Source: an uncultured delta proteobacterium
Lineage (GTDB): Bacteria > Myxococcota > B64-G9
Assembly: GCA_963754925.1 (NCBI GenBank)
Contig: CAVWHX010000004.1
Location: 608,001-672,000, forward strand
Direction: 5' to 3'
DNA length: 64,000 nt
Positions 18,523 to 30,280 of the stretch are shown here, in pieces (position 1 is the stretch's first letter; each line of letters begins with the position of its first letter). The translations under genes and the position numbers were made by a program. The notes beneath the pieces are model-generated. The model worked only from the letters and a program-made list of their open reading frames with translations, was not told the DNA's origin and made no database searches.

Positions 18523-21012
18523 ATGATCACAGTCGATAAGATAGCCGAACGGGGTAAAGAGGCAACCGGTGCCTTAGCCCGACATGTCACCCGTCGATCA
18601 TTAGCCTATACCATTGGATTTATAATTCTCACGGGCATATTGATTCTGTTCGTGAAAAAATTGGATCTGAAGAGTGATTTTGTCGAGTTACTGCCGCAGG
18701 ACTTTCAGAGCGTCAAAGACCTGAGGAAAGCCACCGCCACGGTCGGGGGCTTGGGGTATCTGTCTATCGGCATCGAATCGTCCGACGTCAAGGCCTCCGA
18801 ACGATTTGCCGACGATATTGCAGCCGTGCTCAACAGTGAATTCAAAGACCGAATTTTGTACTGCGATTATAACATCAAAGAGTCGAAGAAATATTACACC
18901 GACAATGGTGCGTTGTTTATGGACTACGACGACTTGGTGGAGATAGAGGACCGATTGGATCGGCGGATTCGAGCAGAAAAGAAAAAGGCCAATCCGCTGT
19001 TTATCGATATTACAGGAGAAATAGCACAAGATAGCAAACTAAATTTCAAAGACATCGAGGACAAGTACAAGAAGGAAACCGGGCCCGCGTCAAACTATAT
19101 CGACGATTACTATACCGGCGAAGACGGCCACTTATTGGCTATGCTGATAAAGCCGCAAGGAACTTTCACCGATATACCGTCGAGCAAGGAATTCATCGCC
19201 GATATTACCAACGCCATCAACAAGCTTGATCCGAAACACTATGCGCCCGATATGAAATACGGGTACGCTGGGGGATTCAAATCGTCGGTGGAAGAATTCG
19301 AGACCCTCAGAAATGACATTTTGAGTACCGCTCTGTTGTGTATCAGCTTGATTGTTCTCGCGGTGTTCTTGTACTTTCGTCGCGTTCGAGCGGTTGTTTT
19401 CTTGGGCATTTCCTGCTTGGCGTCGGTGATGTGGACGTTCGCCGTCACCTACTTCACTATCGGCTATCTCAATACCGTCACCGCTTTTTTGGGAGCCATT
19501 ATCGTCGGCACGGGCATCAACTACGGCATCATCATGCTTGCCCGTTACTTTGAAGAGCGCCGCCTAGGCCAAAGCGCCGAGGCGGCGCTTGAGATAGCCA
19601 TGAAAAACACGGTGGCGGCTACGTTTGGCGCATCCGGCACCACCGCTGTCTCCTTTGGTATTTTCCTCTTTGCCGAGGTGCGATCATTTTCACAGTTTGG
19701 TTTCATCGGCGGTATTGGTGTGATGCTCATTTGGATAGGATCGTACACCTTCCTGCCGGCACTGATAATGCTTTCCGAGAAAATTTGGCCCTCGATGGAG
19801 GTCTCGGCTGACCATACGTCTCTTTGGACCGATAGAGCTAGCCTCAATTTTTTGACCTGGCCGCTGCGCTTTCCGAAGTTGGTATTGTCTTTTTTCACCA
19901 TAGGCGCGATCGCGGCATTAATTCTCTTTGCCCTCTACCTGCCCAATTCCCTTGAATACGACATCTCCAATCTGCGTACCAAAAGTAGTATAGAATCAGG
20001 AACTGCTGTTTTAGACCAACGAATAAGCGAATTATTCGGCACCTCCATGACCCCGGCCATTATTTTAGCGGATTCCGTCCAAGAGGGGGACGACATTTGT
20101 CAGGTCCTGCTCCGAATAAAGAAAGAAAAAGGCGACGAGTCCGGCGTTGAAAAATGCCGATCCGTTCTATCGCTGTTGCCCACAGAACAGGAAGAGAAGC
20201 TTCCGGTCATAAACGATATTCGGAGATTACTTAAAGACAAAGCGTTGGATCAACTCGAAGGAGATGAAAAGGAAAGAATCGAAGATCTTAAGAAAAAACT
20301 CCCGGATACGGTGGTGACCATCGCCGATTTGCCCAAGCAGCTGAGCCGAGTTTTCACAGATAAGGAAGGCCACGTCGGCCGCCTTGTCTTTGTCAACCCC
20401 CGCGCCGGAAGAGATTTATGGAACGCCACAAACCTGATTCGCTTTACCAACGACATTCGGCGTATCGAGCTCGATAACGGGAAAATCATCACCTCGTCCG
20501 GGGAAGCAGTCATATTCGCCGATCTCCTTACCTTACTGAAAAAAGACAGCCCCGTTTCCACCGCGGCATCGTTCCTCGGAGTGTTTATGCTTGTGCTACT
20601 AGTTTTCGGCAGCGTGCATTCGTCGATTTTCGTTGAAGCGCCGATGGTGGTCGGTTCCCTCTGGATGGTCGGTCTCATGGCTTTGTTCGACATCAAGATC
20701 AATTTCTTCAATTTTGTCGCCCTGCCGATTACGTTCGGCATAGGCGTGGACTACTCCATCAATATCTATCAGCGTTACCTCCAGGAGGGACCTGGTTCAA
20801 TCGACCGGGTGCTCCGCCGCACCGGCACCGCGGTTTTTCTCTGCTCGCTGACAACCATTATCGGCTATTTCACCCTCATCATCGCGGATAGTATGGCGCT
20901 TGTCTCCTTGGGCAAGTTAGCTATTCTTGGTGAATTCACGTGCTTATCGGCGGCCATGATTGGCCTTCCAAGCCTGATAACCATCATGGAAAAGAGAAAG
21001 CAACCCAAGTGA
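18523..21012 (+). CDS. MMPL/RND family (HpnN-like) lipid transporter
   Basis: Two TM blocks with GTGINYGI and GIGVDYSI motifs and two large periplasmic loops. Confidence 0.9.
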   Translation: MITVDKIAERGKEATGALARHVTRRSLAYTIGFIILTGILILFVKKLDLKSDFVELLPQDFQSVKDLRKATATVGGLGYLSIGIESSDVKASERFADDIAAVLNSEFKDRILYCDYNIKESKKYYTDNGALFMDYDDLVEIEDRLDRRIRAEKKKANPLFIDITGEIAQDSKLNFKDIEDKYKKETGPASNYIDDYYTGEDGHLLAMLIKPQGTFTDIPSSKEFIADITNAINKLDPKHYAPDMKYGYAGGFKSSVEEFETLRNDILSTALLCISLIVLAVFLYFRRVRAVVFLGISCLASVMWTFAVTYFTIGYLNTVTAFLGAIIVGTGINYGIIMLARYFEERRLGQSAEAALEIAMKNTVAATFGASGTTAVSFGIFLFAEVRSFSQFGFIGGIGVMLIWIGSYTFLPALIMLSEKIWPSMEVSADHTSLWTDRASLNFLTWPLRFPKLVLSFFTIGAIAALILFALYLPNSLEYDISNLRTKSSIESGTAVLDQRISELFGTSMTPAIILADSVQEGDDICQVLLRIKKEKGDESGVEKCRSVLSLLPTEQEEKLPVINDIRRLLKDKALDQLEGDEKERIEDLKKKLPDTVVTIADLPKQLSRVFTDKEGHVGRLVFVNPRAGRDLWNATNLIRFTNDIRRIELDNGKIITSSGEAVIFADLLTLLKKDSPVSTAASFLGVFMLVLLVFGSVHSSIFVEAPMVVGSLWMVGLMALFDIKINFFNFVALPITFGIGVDYSINIYQRYLQEGPGSIDRVLRRTGTAVFLCSLTTIIGYFTLIIADSMALVSLGKLAILGEFTCLSAAMIGLPSLITIMEKRKQPK

Positions 21013-21485
21013 AGCTCCCTAGCAAAATTATCCAAACGTGGGCACTCGTCATAGCAACTGCTCTGGGAGTAGGGTTCTCGCCTGTTGCTCCCGGCACCTG
21101 CGGCACGGTGGTCGGCTTATTCTTATTTTGGGGTATGTCCGATTTGCCGCTATGGCTGTATGCGGCAATAGTGTGTTTGGTGGTCGCTGTAGGAACCTGG
21201 GCCGCCTCTGTCACCGGTAAGATATATGGCGAAGTTGACAGCCAACGCATTGTGATCGACGAAGTCGCCGGCTACCTGATAACCATGATCGCTTCCCGCC
21301 CTACCGTCACCGGGATGCTCATGGGGTTTGTCTTGTTTAGGTTTTTCGATATTGTAAAACCGTTTCCAGTCGATTGGGCTGACCAAAAAGTTAAGAACGC
21401 CTTTGGGGTGATGCTTGACGACATCCTCGCCGGTGTCTATGGTTGGGGGGTGTTGACATTATTTCGCATGCTGGTTCCTTCTTGA
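21009..21485 (+). CDS. pgpA: Phosphatidylglycerophosphatase A family
   Basis: APGTCGT, IVIDEVAG, FRFFDIVKPFP, GVMLDDILAG. Confidence 0.9.
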   Translation: MKLPSKIIQTWALVIATALGVGFSPVAPGTCGTVVGLFLFWGMSDLPLWLYAAIVCLVVAVGTWAASVTGKIYGEVDSQRIVIDEVAGYLITMIASRPTVTGMLMGFVLFRFFDIVKPFPVDWADQKVKNAFGVMLDDILAGVYGWGVLTLFRMLVPS

Positions 21486-21510
21486 TTGTTGTTTGGAGTG
21501 GAGCCGCACG

Positions 21511-22656
21511 GTGAAAATAGGCATCGTTACCGAGTATTATTATCCGACTCTTGGCGGCATTCAGGAGCACGTACATCACTTTGCGCTCGAAGCGATGGCC
21601 CGCGGGCACCACGTTCGTATCATTACCTCTCATGTCTACGGGATCCGCGAAGACCGAAAAAAACCGGAGGATATTCCGATCACGCGGATCGGATTGAGCA
21701 TCCCGTTGTATCAAAACGGCGCTATTGGACGCGTTACCTTCGGCATATCGCTACGAAAGAAACTCCAGCGGCTTTTCGATCAAGAGAAGTTCGATGTCAT
21801 ACATATTCATGTTCCCATAACCCCGATGTTGCCGCTGCTTGCGTTAACCCGTTCCAACACGGTCACGATCGGTACGTTTCACACTAATTTCAAATGGAGC
21901 CCTTGGTTTAAAGTTTTCAATAAGCACTGTCAACGATTCCTGGATCGGCTGGACGGAATTATCGCCGTTTCCAAAACAGCGATTGCCGCCTTGCATCAAC
22001 ATTTCAAGGCCGACTACCGCGTCATTCCCAATGGGATCGACATGCTTCAGTTCAATCCATCGGTGCCGCGCCTGCCCGAGTTTAGTGATGGTCGCTTCAA
22101 CCTGTTGTGGATCGGAAGAATGGAGCCGCGCAATGGGTTGGATCGCATGATTGCCGCTCTGGCCGCCGCCTGGCAGGTACGCACGGATCTCCGTTTGATT
22201 GTGATTGGCGACGGCCCGCTGCGTTCGGCCTATCACGATATGATCCCGGCGCATCTTAAGCCGTTTGTTCATTTTACCGGATTTGTTAACGAAGGCAGAC
22301 CAGCCCTTTTCGCCAGCGCCGATGTTCTGTGCGTGCCCGCCACTATCTCCTCGTTTGGCATCACCTTGCTTGAGGGTATGGCTTCCGGAAAACCGATTAT
22401 CGCGTCGGATATCGACGGGTTTCGCGACGTCATGGAAAACGGCCGTGAGGGAGTTATGATCGACACGAGTGACCCGATCCAGTTCCGTGATGCCATATTG
22501 AAATTAGCGGCCGATCGAGCGCTGGCAATGGAATACGGGCAGCGCGGGCTGAAAACAGCCGAGAACTACTCTTGGCCGCGGGTCACCGGGCAAATCTTGG
22601 ATTATTACCAGGAAGCTACGATTCGATATAAGAATCGCTCAAATACGTATCGGTGA
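21511..22656 (+). CDS. GT4 glycosyltransferase, PimA-like (phosphatidylinositol mannosyltransferase-like)
   Basis: GGIQEH, HIHVPITP..IGTFH, IAVS, IPNG, GRMEPRNG, SFGITLLEGMASG. Confidence 0.75.
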   Translation: MKIGIVTEYYYPTLGGIQEHVHHFALEAMARGHHVRIITSHVYGIREDRKKPEDIPITRIGLSIPLYQNGAIGRVTFGISLRKKLQRLFDQEKFDVIHIHVPITPMLPLLALTRSNTVTIGTFHTNFKWSPWFKVFNKHCQRFLDRLDGIIAVSKTAIAALHQHFKADYRVIPNGIDMLQFNPSVPRLPEFSDGRFNLLWIGRMEPRNGLDRMIAALAAAWQVRTDLRLIVIGDGPLRSAYHDMIPAHLKPFVHFTGFVNEGRPALFASADVLCVPATISSFGITLLEGMASGKPIIASDIDGFRDVMENGREGVMIDTSDPIQFRDAILKLAADRALAMEYGQRGLKTAENYSWPRVTGQILDYYQEATIRYKNRSNTYR

Positions 22657-22662
22657 TAAAGC

Positions 22663-23358
22663 CTAAAGCATTTTCAAGAGATCGGTCAATTTCATTATAA
22701 AATACGAAAGCAATCCCGATGCCACGAGAACGAGTATCCAGCGCGTGGCTTTGGCGCGGCTGTTCGGCCTGTTTTGGCTGACACTCAGATCGGCATGAAC
22801 GCCGAGCCGCGCTTGGCCCACGTGATACAAGTGGGCGAGCATTTTCTCGGCCTTTTCCCGCACCGCTTGATTGCGCGTCATGAGGCGATACTGGCGGGCG
22901 CCAAAGTCCAGACGGTCGGCCGCCAAGCAGGCCTGCAGGAATGACTCGTGCGCGTCATCAGAGAGCGGGTTTTGTTGTACCTCCGCCCAGGCCGCAACCA
23001 CGGCTGCTGGATCGGGCGGCAGCGCACGGGGATCATATTTGGCAAACGTAAGGCCGCATCGGTGGCACGCAACCGGATCGCTTTGGCTGTGGCCACACTT
23101 GGGACAGGTTATTTCAGGGGATTTCTTCTCGGCGCCCGGCTGTCCTTTGTCTGAACCAGCAGCGGCGCCTTTGTCGACTGTCCGCTGTTTGGGTGCCGCC
23201 GTTTCCTGCGGCTTGGCAACGTCCCGAGGGTTGGATTTTCGTATAAACGATTCCTCTCCACAAAGCCCACAGCGAAAAGAGATGCCAACCTCCGAGGTGG
23301 AGAAGTCTACCAGCTCAAAAAGCTCATGGCACGCCGGGCATTGTACTTTCAGGCTCAT
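22663..23358 (-). CDS. Zinc-ribbon membrane-anchored hypothetical protein
   Basis: Four CxxC motifs, C-terminal TM helix. Confidence 0.65.
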   Translation of the reverse strand: MSLKVQCPACHELFELVDFSTSEVGISFRCGLCGEESFIRKSNPRDVAKPQETAAPKQRTVDKGAAAGSDKGQPGAEKKSPEITCPKCGHSQSDPVACHRCGLTFAKYDPRALPPDPAAVVAAWAEVQQNPLSDDAHESFLQACLAADRLDFGARQYRLMTRNQAVREKAEKMLAHLYHVGQARLGVHADLSVSQNRPNSRAKATRWILVLVASGLLSYFIMKLTDLLKML

Positions 23359-24320
23359 GACGGTAACGGGCTCAAAACAACCGGGGTGAATGTGAGAATC
23401 AATACTGCTATCGCAATCCATCCGAGAGCGCGCCTGGTCGGAGACAAGGGGCGCTCTCCCACAACCACCGGGGGGTGCTTACCGCCGACAACCTTGAGCA
23501 CTATGGCCCATACGAGCCACACGAGCAATCCGCTGCCGCGGGTTATCCAGGCGAGCCACCCGGCCGCGCGCAATGCATCCACCGCCACATCAGACAACAG
23601 GGTTAGATTGCAGAGTAAACCGATCAATCCGAGGAATAAAATCGCCCGGTGGACCACGCGCGCGACCAACCGGTGTCGGCGTTCTCCGAACAACGCAAAT
23701 ATAACATGACCGCCATCGAGCTGACCAACCGGTAAGAGATTAAGGCTCGTCACGAAAAGCCCCAACCATCCCGCCCATGCAACCGGGTGAAGCAGAATAT
23801 CGTCAGCGGAGGAAGCCTCGGGATGAGCCAGCTTCTTGAGCAGCATATACAGCAGCGAGTTGCCCTCAATCATTTCACCCGGTTCAAGCGATGCAAGCGG
23901 CCTCACCTCAGACCAACACAGGCCGACAAAGCAAACCAGCAACGCAATACACAAGCCTGCCAGCGGCCCACTGACCCCGATGTCCAACAACGCCTCTCGA
24001 CTTTCGGGCGGTTTCCGCATCAAGATGACCGCCCCGAACGTGCCGACGGGCGGCACGGGCATCGGTATAAAATATGGCAACGAGGACGGTACGCCGTGGC
24101 GCCGGGCGGTCAGGTAGTGTCCCATTTCGTGTATCAACAAAATCCCCATGATGGCTGAGGCGTACAGCAACCCCGCTTTCCAGGAGAACTCGCCTTGCAG
24201 ATCTCCGCCAACAAAAAAAGTGCTGAAACACGTCGCGACAAACAAAACTCCCGGCACGAAGGCCCCGCGGCGCTTCGGCACGGTGCCCGGGGGCGCCAAT
24301 ACTTCAGCTTTTGGGGCCAT
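23355..24320 (-). CDS. Site-2 protease (M50)
   Basis: HEMGH, GTFGAVI, NLLPVGQLDGGH. Confidence 0.92.
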   Translation of the reverse strand: MAPKAEVLAPPGTVPKRRGAFVPGVLFVATCFSTFFVGGDLQGEFSWKAGLLYASAIMGILLIHEMGHYLTARRHGVPSSLPYFIPMPVPPVGTFGAVILMRKPPESREALLDIGVSGPLAGLCIALLVCFVGLCWSEVRPLASLEPGEMIEGNSLLYMLLKKLAHPEASSADDILLHPVAWAGWLGLFVTSLNLLPVGQLDGGHVIFALFGERRHRLVARVVHRAILFLGLIGLLCNLTLLSDVAVDALRAAGWLAWITRGSGLLVWLVWAIVLKVVGGKHPPVVVGERPLSPTRRALGWIAIAVLILTFTPVVLSPLPS

Positions 24321-26350
24321 GCGCGTTGGTTCCTCGATCGATTTCCTCAATTTCCTCCCCATTAACGGTCAACAAGAACAAATCTTTTTCCACCTCTCGC
24401 TGCGGTGTGAAGCGCAGCAATCCGGTGGCGCCATCGAAACCCTGGATCTTTAGTAGCGCCTCCCTAAACGCCCGCCGATCCGGCGGCTTGGATTGCTCGA
24501 CCACCTTTCGCACAATCCGTGCTGTGTCGTAGGCATGGGCTTCGATCATCCCCGGATCCCGTTCGAAGCTACTCTTGAAGCGTTCGACAAACTGGTGCGC
24601 CGCCGGCCGGCTGGTTTGGGCAAAAAAGCCATCGCAAAAGATTGCTCCCTGAACGTAGCGGCCGGCCCACTCGATTAATTTTGGCGAGTTCCAACCACTG
24701 CCGCCGAGGATATAAATCATGTCGAGCGACGTGCTCTTCATGCTTTTCTTGATCCGTTCGATCTTACGCTGATCGTCGGTCATGAGCACAATATCTTCAA
24801 AAGCCAATGCTGGCGCAATCAGCACCACATTTTCGACATAATCGGGGACAAACAGCGCCTCAAATTCCAGCGGTATCTTTGGAGGCTGGTCCGCTGTTTT
24901 AGACGGTTTCTTTTGTTGGAGCGGACGTCCAAGAAGTTTTCGAATCGGCTCGACAAAATTCTTTATGTCCGGTTCGTAGCGCTCGGTGGCACGGATCTCC
25001 CCATGGTGCTTAACCACCTCATCCCAGAAAGCATTGCTTAAAGTCTACCCCGTATTTGTCGCTCGGGAAGAGGACCGCAAACCGTTTTACCCCAAGCTGG
25101 TCGACAGCATAGGAAACCAATGTTTTGGCTTGGGCTTCGAGAGTCAGGAAGTTGCGAAAAACATAGCTGCCGACGCTGGTGATGTCCGGCCGGCCACTCA
25201 AGGTAATGATCGAAACCTCTAATTCATCAGCTTTAACTGCAGCCGCGTAGGCCTCTTGCGAAAACAGGGGACCGATGACGCAGCTTACGTGCTCGTTGAA
25301 TACGAGATCTTCTAGCTGCGCAACCGCCTGTTCGGGCTTTCCGGCGGTATCCCGAATTATCAGCATCGGGGCGGTCTCTTTGCCTTCAGTCTCAAAGATT
25401 CCTATGCCGAGCTTGATGCCTTCGAGCGCCTGATTGCCGTATTCGCGGTACTCGCCGGTGAGGGGCAGCAACACCCCGATCGCCCGCGGTATGACCAGAT
25501 TGCGATCCTTGATCCGCTTGAGCAACGCGTTTGCCTGCTCGGAAAGCTCGTTCTGCGGAAACATCGCAACGAACGACTCAAAGGTTTCGCGGGAACGATC
25601 ATAATCATGAATGTGGTAAAAAATCTTCGCGAGTTTATACAGCAGCAGATCCAGCGGAAAGCCCCGTACCGATTCGTCCTTGAGTATTTCGACCGCTTCG
25701 CGCACTTGGGTAAACGAGAGGCGCTGATCGATAAGCGCCGCGAGATCCTTGGATATCTCTTCTCGCTTTTGTGGATCGGTGCTTTGCGCGTACAGCGCGG
25801 TGAACCAGCGGACGAGTCGAACCGGAGCATTGGCCTCACCGGCCGCGTGGACCAACGCAGAAACCACCTCGGGCTTTTTAGCCTCGTCGTTAATGGTGCT
25901 ATAAAATTTTTCTAATATCGATAAGGCCTCCTGAGCTCGACCAAGCTTGCTCAAGATTTCTTCGAGTTGGATGGCGCAGGGAACAGAGCGCGAACTGCGA
26001 GGAAATTTTCCCAGGAGCCTCGTAAATTGGACCGCTGCCTCGGATTCGAGCCCCCGTTCATGTTGCATGGTCCCCAGCACAAACAGCGCCTCGGGTAGGT
26101 AGGTATCATCCGAATAATGCGCCACCAAGTCGGTTAACTTGGCCATGGCCTCTTCGTTCTTGCCGGCTTTCAAGGCTACTTGAGCTTCTTCAAAAAGGAG
26201 CCGCGGCGCATCCTGAACCAAAACCACTTTGCCGGAGATGATCACCTGCCGTGGCGCACAACCTGACCAGAGCGCACCGAGCATAACGAGTGCGGAAAAT
26301 AAGAGACCGAATAAGCCCGGGACGCGCGCTGTTGAATGAACGTTCATCAT
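24304..26350 (-). CDS. LpoA-like penicillin-binding-protein activator (TPR plus periplasmic-binding fold), frameshifted near 25040
   Basis: Lipobox SGC, TPRs, IGVLLPLTG, IGPL, LFVPD, AYDTA, GATG; removing one A joins the two ORFs (FSNAFWDEVVK). Confidence 0.8.
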
Positions 26351-26361
26351 AGAACCTCCTA

Positions 26362-26402
26362 CAAGAGATTGTACGCCTCGCTCACTCGGCAACAATCTCT
26401 TG
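26362..26402. repeat. REP-like palindrome copy 1
   Basis: caagagattgt-acgcctcgctcactcggca-acaatctcttg. Confidence 0.75.
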
Positions 26403-26543
26403 GCGTGGCAGGAGTATAACGACAGCTTTTCTCCAGGGTCAAGGAAGGCGAGACTTCGGTAGTGTCTCAGTTTATTTTAGCTTTGCGTTTCCGATGGCAG
26501 ATGAGTACAGTGCCCCCGTTGTAGCCGAACGGGAGCGATTTTC

Positions 26544-26897
26544 GTGCACGAAACAGCAATCGCAACTGAGTTACTGAACGTGCTACTATCCGAAGCCAGC
26601 AGAAATAACCTGCGGCGCATTACCGGGATGCGCCTGCGGGTTGGCGCTTTCCGCATGGTGGTCCCCGAGCTGCTCCAGGGCGCGTTCGAGGTGGTAAGCC
26701 AAGGAACGCTGGCCCAGGGAGCCACCCTTGAGATCGAAAGCGTGCCGCTTAGGGCGCGCTGCGGTAACTGCCAAAAGGAAGCGCAGCTTGAGGATTATAT
26801 TTTTTATTGTCCGGCTTGCGGCGCCATATTGACTGAAATACTATCGGGAAAAGAATTAGATCTTTTTCAAATTAGCGGAGAGAGCGAGGAAACATGA
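26544..26897 (+). CDS. hypA: Hydrogenase nickel metallochaperone
   Basis: MHE start, two CxxC, GKEL. Confidence 0.95.
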   Translation: MHETAIATELLNVLLSEASRNNLRRITGMRLRVGAFRMVVPELLQGAFEVVSQGTLAQGATLEIESVPLRARCGNCQKEAQLEDYIFYCPACGAILTEILSGKELDLFQISGESEET

Positions 26898-27565
26898 AAG
26901 TTACGGTGGTAAAGGACATCCTTGATGCGAATAAACGCGTTGCCCTCAAGAACAAAGAACTGTTCGATCGCCACAACATGCTGGTTATCAATCTCATGAG
27001 TTCACCGGGCTCTGGCAAAACCAGTCTCCTGGAGCGCACCATCCGCGATCTCAACGGCGAGCTGCGGATAGGCGTGATCGAGGGTGATATTCAGACGACC
27101 CTCGACGCCGAGCGCATCGAACGCGCCGGTGCGGCATTTACCCATCAAATTAATACCGCCGGCGCCTGTCACCTTGACGGCAACATGATAGCCCCGATTG
27201 TGGAGGGCTTGGATTTTTCCGCATTGGACCTGTTGGTGATAGAGAATGTCGGCAACCTCGTCTGTCCTGCCGAATTCGAAGTCGGCGAGGATCACAAGAT
27301 AATGCTGCTCTCGGTCACCGAAGGCGAAGACAAACCAAAGAAGTACCCGCTGATGTTCCACGAGTCGACGGTTCTCCTTATCAACAAGATCGATCTCCTT
27401 CCTCATTTGGATATTCGTCTGGCTGATATTCACAAGAATGCGCGCGAGGTCCATCCACAGCTTGAAATCATGGATGTCTCCTGCAAAACCGGCGAGGGTC
27501 TGCCGCGCTTCTACTCCTGGCTCAAGCAGAAAATCGCCGACAAGAAGGCGGCAAAAAAAACCTAA
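26894..27565 (+). CDS. hypB: Hydrogenase nickel incorporation GTPase
   Basis: SSPGSGKT, CHLD, ENVGNLVCPAEF, NKIDL. Confidence 0.95.
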   Translation: MKVTVVKDILDANKRVALKNKELFDRHNMLVINLMSSPGSGKTSLLERTIRDLNGELRIGVIEGDIQTTLDAERIERAGAAFTHQINTAGACHLDGNMIAPIVEGLDFSALDLLVIENVGNLVCPAEFEVGEDHKIMLLSVTEGEDKPKKYPLMFHESTVLLINKIDLLPHLDIRLADIHKNAREVHPQLEIMDVSCKTGEGLPRFYSWLKQKIADKKAAKKT

Positions 27566-27663
27566 GAGCTATGAGGACTGTTCTACCGGAGCACACGCCG
27601 GGTGACGCCGAGCAGGGGGCCCCCCGCCGGCGCGGAGCGAAAGCGAGCACCGCCGGGCCCATG

Positions 27664-27706
27664 GGATAAGAGATTGTAAGCCTCGCTTCGCTCGGCAACA
27701 ATCTCT
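27664..27706. repeat. REP-like palindrome copy 2
   Basis: ggataagagattgt-aagcctcgcttcgctcggca-acaatctct. Confidence 0.8.
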
Positions 27707-27757
27707 AAGGATGTGAGGCGGCAGGACCCGGCGCGCATCGTTGATTGAGAGGTAGTA

Positions 27758-30023
27758 TTGGTACGCGCCGTTCGAATTACGGTCACCGGCCGGGTCCAGG
27801 GAGTAGGATTTCGCCCGACCATCTATCGCCTGGCGGTGGCGGCGGGTCTTGCCGGTAGCGTACGAAATACCTCGCGCGGCGTGGTGATTGAGATAGAGGG
27901 GCAATCGACGCTCGTCGACCGTTTTCTACGGGATTGGCAGTCTGGCTTACCAGCGTTAGCCCGCGTCGCCAGCGTGACCACCACCGCGATTATCGCCACG
28001 GACCGAAAAGGGTTCGCCATCCTTCCCTCACAGATCGAGGAGGGATCGGGTGCTCTGATCCCCTACGATGTCGCCACCTGCGATGAGTGCCTCAAAGAGG
28101 TCTGCAATCCCAGCGATCGCCGGCATCGCTACGCTTTTACTAATTGCACCAATTGCGGGCCGCGCTACACCATCATTGAGTCGGTGCCTTATGACCGCCC
28201 TCAAACCTCAATGAAGGTATTTCCGCTGTGTCCGGCCTGCCAAGCTGAGTATGAAGATCCGGCCGACCGGCGCTACCACGCCCAACCTAACGCCTGCTCA
28301 ATCTGCGGACCACAGTTGACGTTAGTCGATCCGCTGGGCGTCACAACGCCCGGCGACCCGATAATGGAAACGCGCCGCTTGTTGGCGGCGGGAAAAATCG
28401 TTGCCATTCGCGGCGTGGGAGGATTTCACCTCGCCGCAAATGCAGACAACACCCAAGCGGTGGAAGAGTTACGCACCCGCAAGCGCCGGGGCGCCAAACC
28501 GTTTGCGGTAATGTCACCCGATATAGCCAATATCTCAACCTATGGCCTGGTATCAGATGTGGAAAAAGCTTTGCTGTCCTCGGAGCGCCGCCCGATTGTC
28601 TTAGTGACCCGGCGCACTGACTCTTCGCTCGCTCCCGGCATCGCACCGGGCCTCAACTGCATTGGCGCCATGCTTCCCTACTCACCGTTACACTACCTGC
28701 TGCTTGAGGGTTTTCGGGCTTTGGTGTTCACCAGCGGCAACCTGTCCGAGGAGCCGATTGTCAAAGACAACGCCGAAGCCCTCTCCCGCTTGCACGGAAT
28801 AGCAGACGCCTTTTTGCTTCACAACCGTGAGATTTTGATGTCCTGCGATGATTCGGTCGTTTATCAACGCGAGTCGGAAGCCGCTCTCGTGCGTCGCTCG
28901 CGCGGCTTTGCGCCTGATCCGATCGCTTTTCCGCAAAGCTCGGACTGCATCCTGGCGGTGGGTGGTCAGATGAAAAACACCTTTTGTTTAACCCGCGGCG
29001 ATGAAGCCTTTCTCAGCCAACATATCGGCGATCTGGATAATTACGAGACCCAGCAGCATTTTAAACGCTGCTTGAAGCACCTCACTACGTTGCTCGGGAT
29101 TGCCCCGGCAATCGTAGCCTGCGATTTGCACCCCGATTATCTTTCAACTCGATACGCACTTTCCATGCCAGAGGTACGGGTGGTGCAGGTCCAGCACCAT
29201 CATGCCCACCTGGCCGCCGCCATGGCCGACCGTGGGCTCTCAGGCCAGGCGATTGGTCTCTGTTTAGACGGAACCGGTTTCGGACCGGATGGAACAATGT
29301 GGGGGGGTGAAGTGTTGCTGGGCGGTTTTAAAGAGTATCGGCGCTTCGCCCGCTTGAATCCGTTTCGATTACCGGGAGGTGAGGCCGCGGTTCGCGAGCC
29401 TTGGCGAAGCGCCGTAGGCCTGCTTACGGCTTGTTGTGGTGTTGACCAAACCCGCCGTCATCTGTCCCTGTTTCCCGGGGATCGAGCGGCCGCGTCTTGA
29501 GGCCGCGCTGCAGCTTGCGACGCGGGGTGTCAACGCTCCGTGGACCTCAAGCCTGGGACGCTTGTTCGACGCCGTCGCGGCTTTGCTTTCCGTTCGCCTC
29601 CAGGTGGATTATGATGGCCAAGCGGCTGCCGAGCTCGAAGTAGCCGCAACGGTCGAGGCCGAAGGTTTTGCCATGCCGATGATCATCAATCAAGGCCTGT
29701 TTGAACTCGATTTGGCCCCCTTGGTGCAAGGCTTACTTGCGGGCATTGCTGGCGGTCGCTCCAGTGCAGAGCTGGCGGCGGCTTTTCACCAGACGGTAGC
29801 AGATGGTTTGGCGGCAGCCGTCCAGGCGGCGCACGCAAGCAGCGGTTTAACTCGCGTGGTTTTATCGGGCGGTTGTATGATGAATCGACGCTTGGACCGG
29901 CTGCTCGAGCAGGCGCTTACCCGGCGGGGCCTCGAGGTCTTTGCGCACCAGCAGGTTCCGGCCAACGATGGTGGATTATGTCTGGGCCAGGCCGCCGTGG
30001 CGGCGGCCCGCTGTCGCGCCTAA
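27758..30023 (+). CDS. hypF: Carbamoyltransferase HypF (frameshift near 29460-29490)
   Basis: GRVQGVGFRP, zinc fingers, HHHAH, DGTG; C-terminal SSLGRLFD and PANDGG in second frame. Confidence 0.92.
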
Positions 30024-30037
30024 GAAGGAGCGTTAGC

Positions 30038-30280
30038 ATGTGTTTAGCAATACCGATGAAAGTGATCGAACGTGAACAGGAGCGCGGCAAGGTCGAGCAA
30101 GGCGGGGTGATCCGCGAAGTCAGCTTCGCGATGCTGCCCGAGGTAGCGTTGGGAGACTATGTGTTAGTCCACGCCGGTTTCGCCATCGAGCGCCTCGACG
30201 AACAAGAGGCCCAAAGCACCCTCGAGTTGTTGCGCGACGTGCTCTCCGTCGAGGAGTCCGGCTCAACGGAGGATCCATGA
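30038..30280 (+). CDS. hypC: Hydrogenase chaperone
   Basis: MCLAIP start after AAGGAG; VLVHAGFAI. Confidence 0.95.
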   Translation: MCLAIPMKVIEREQERGKVEQGGVIREVSFAMLPEVALGDYVLVHAGFAIERLDEQEAQSTLELLRDVLSVEESGSTEDP

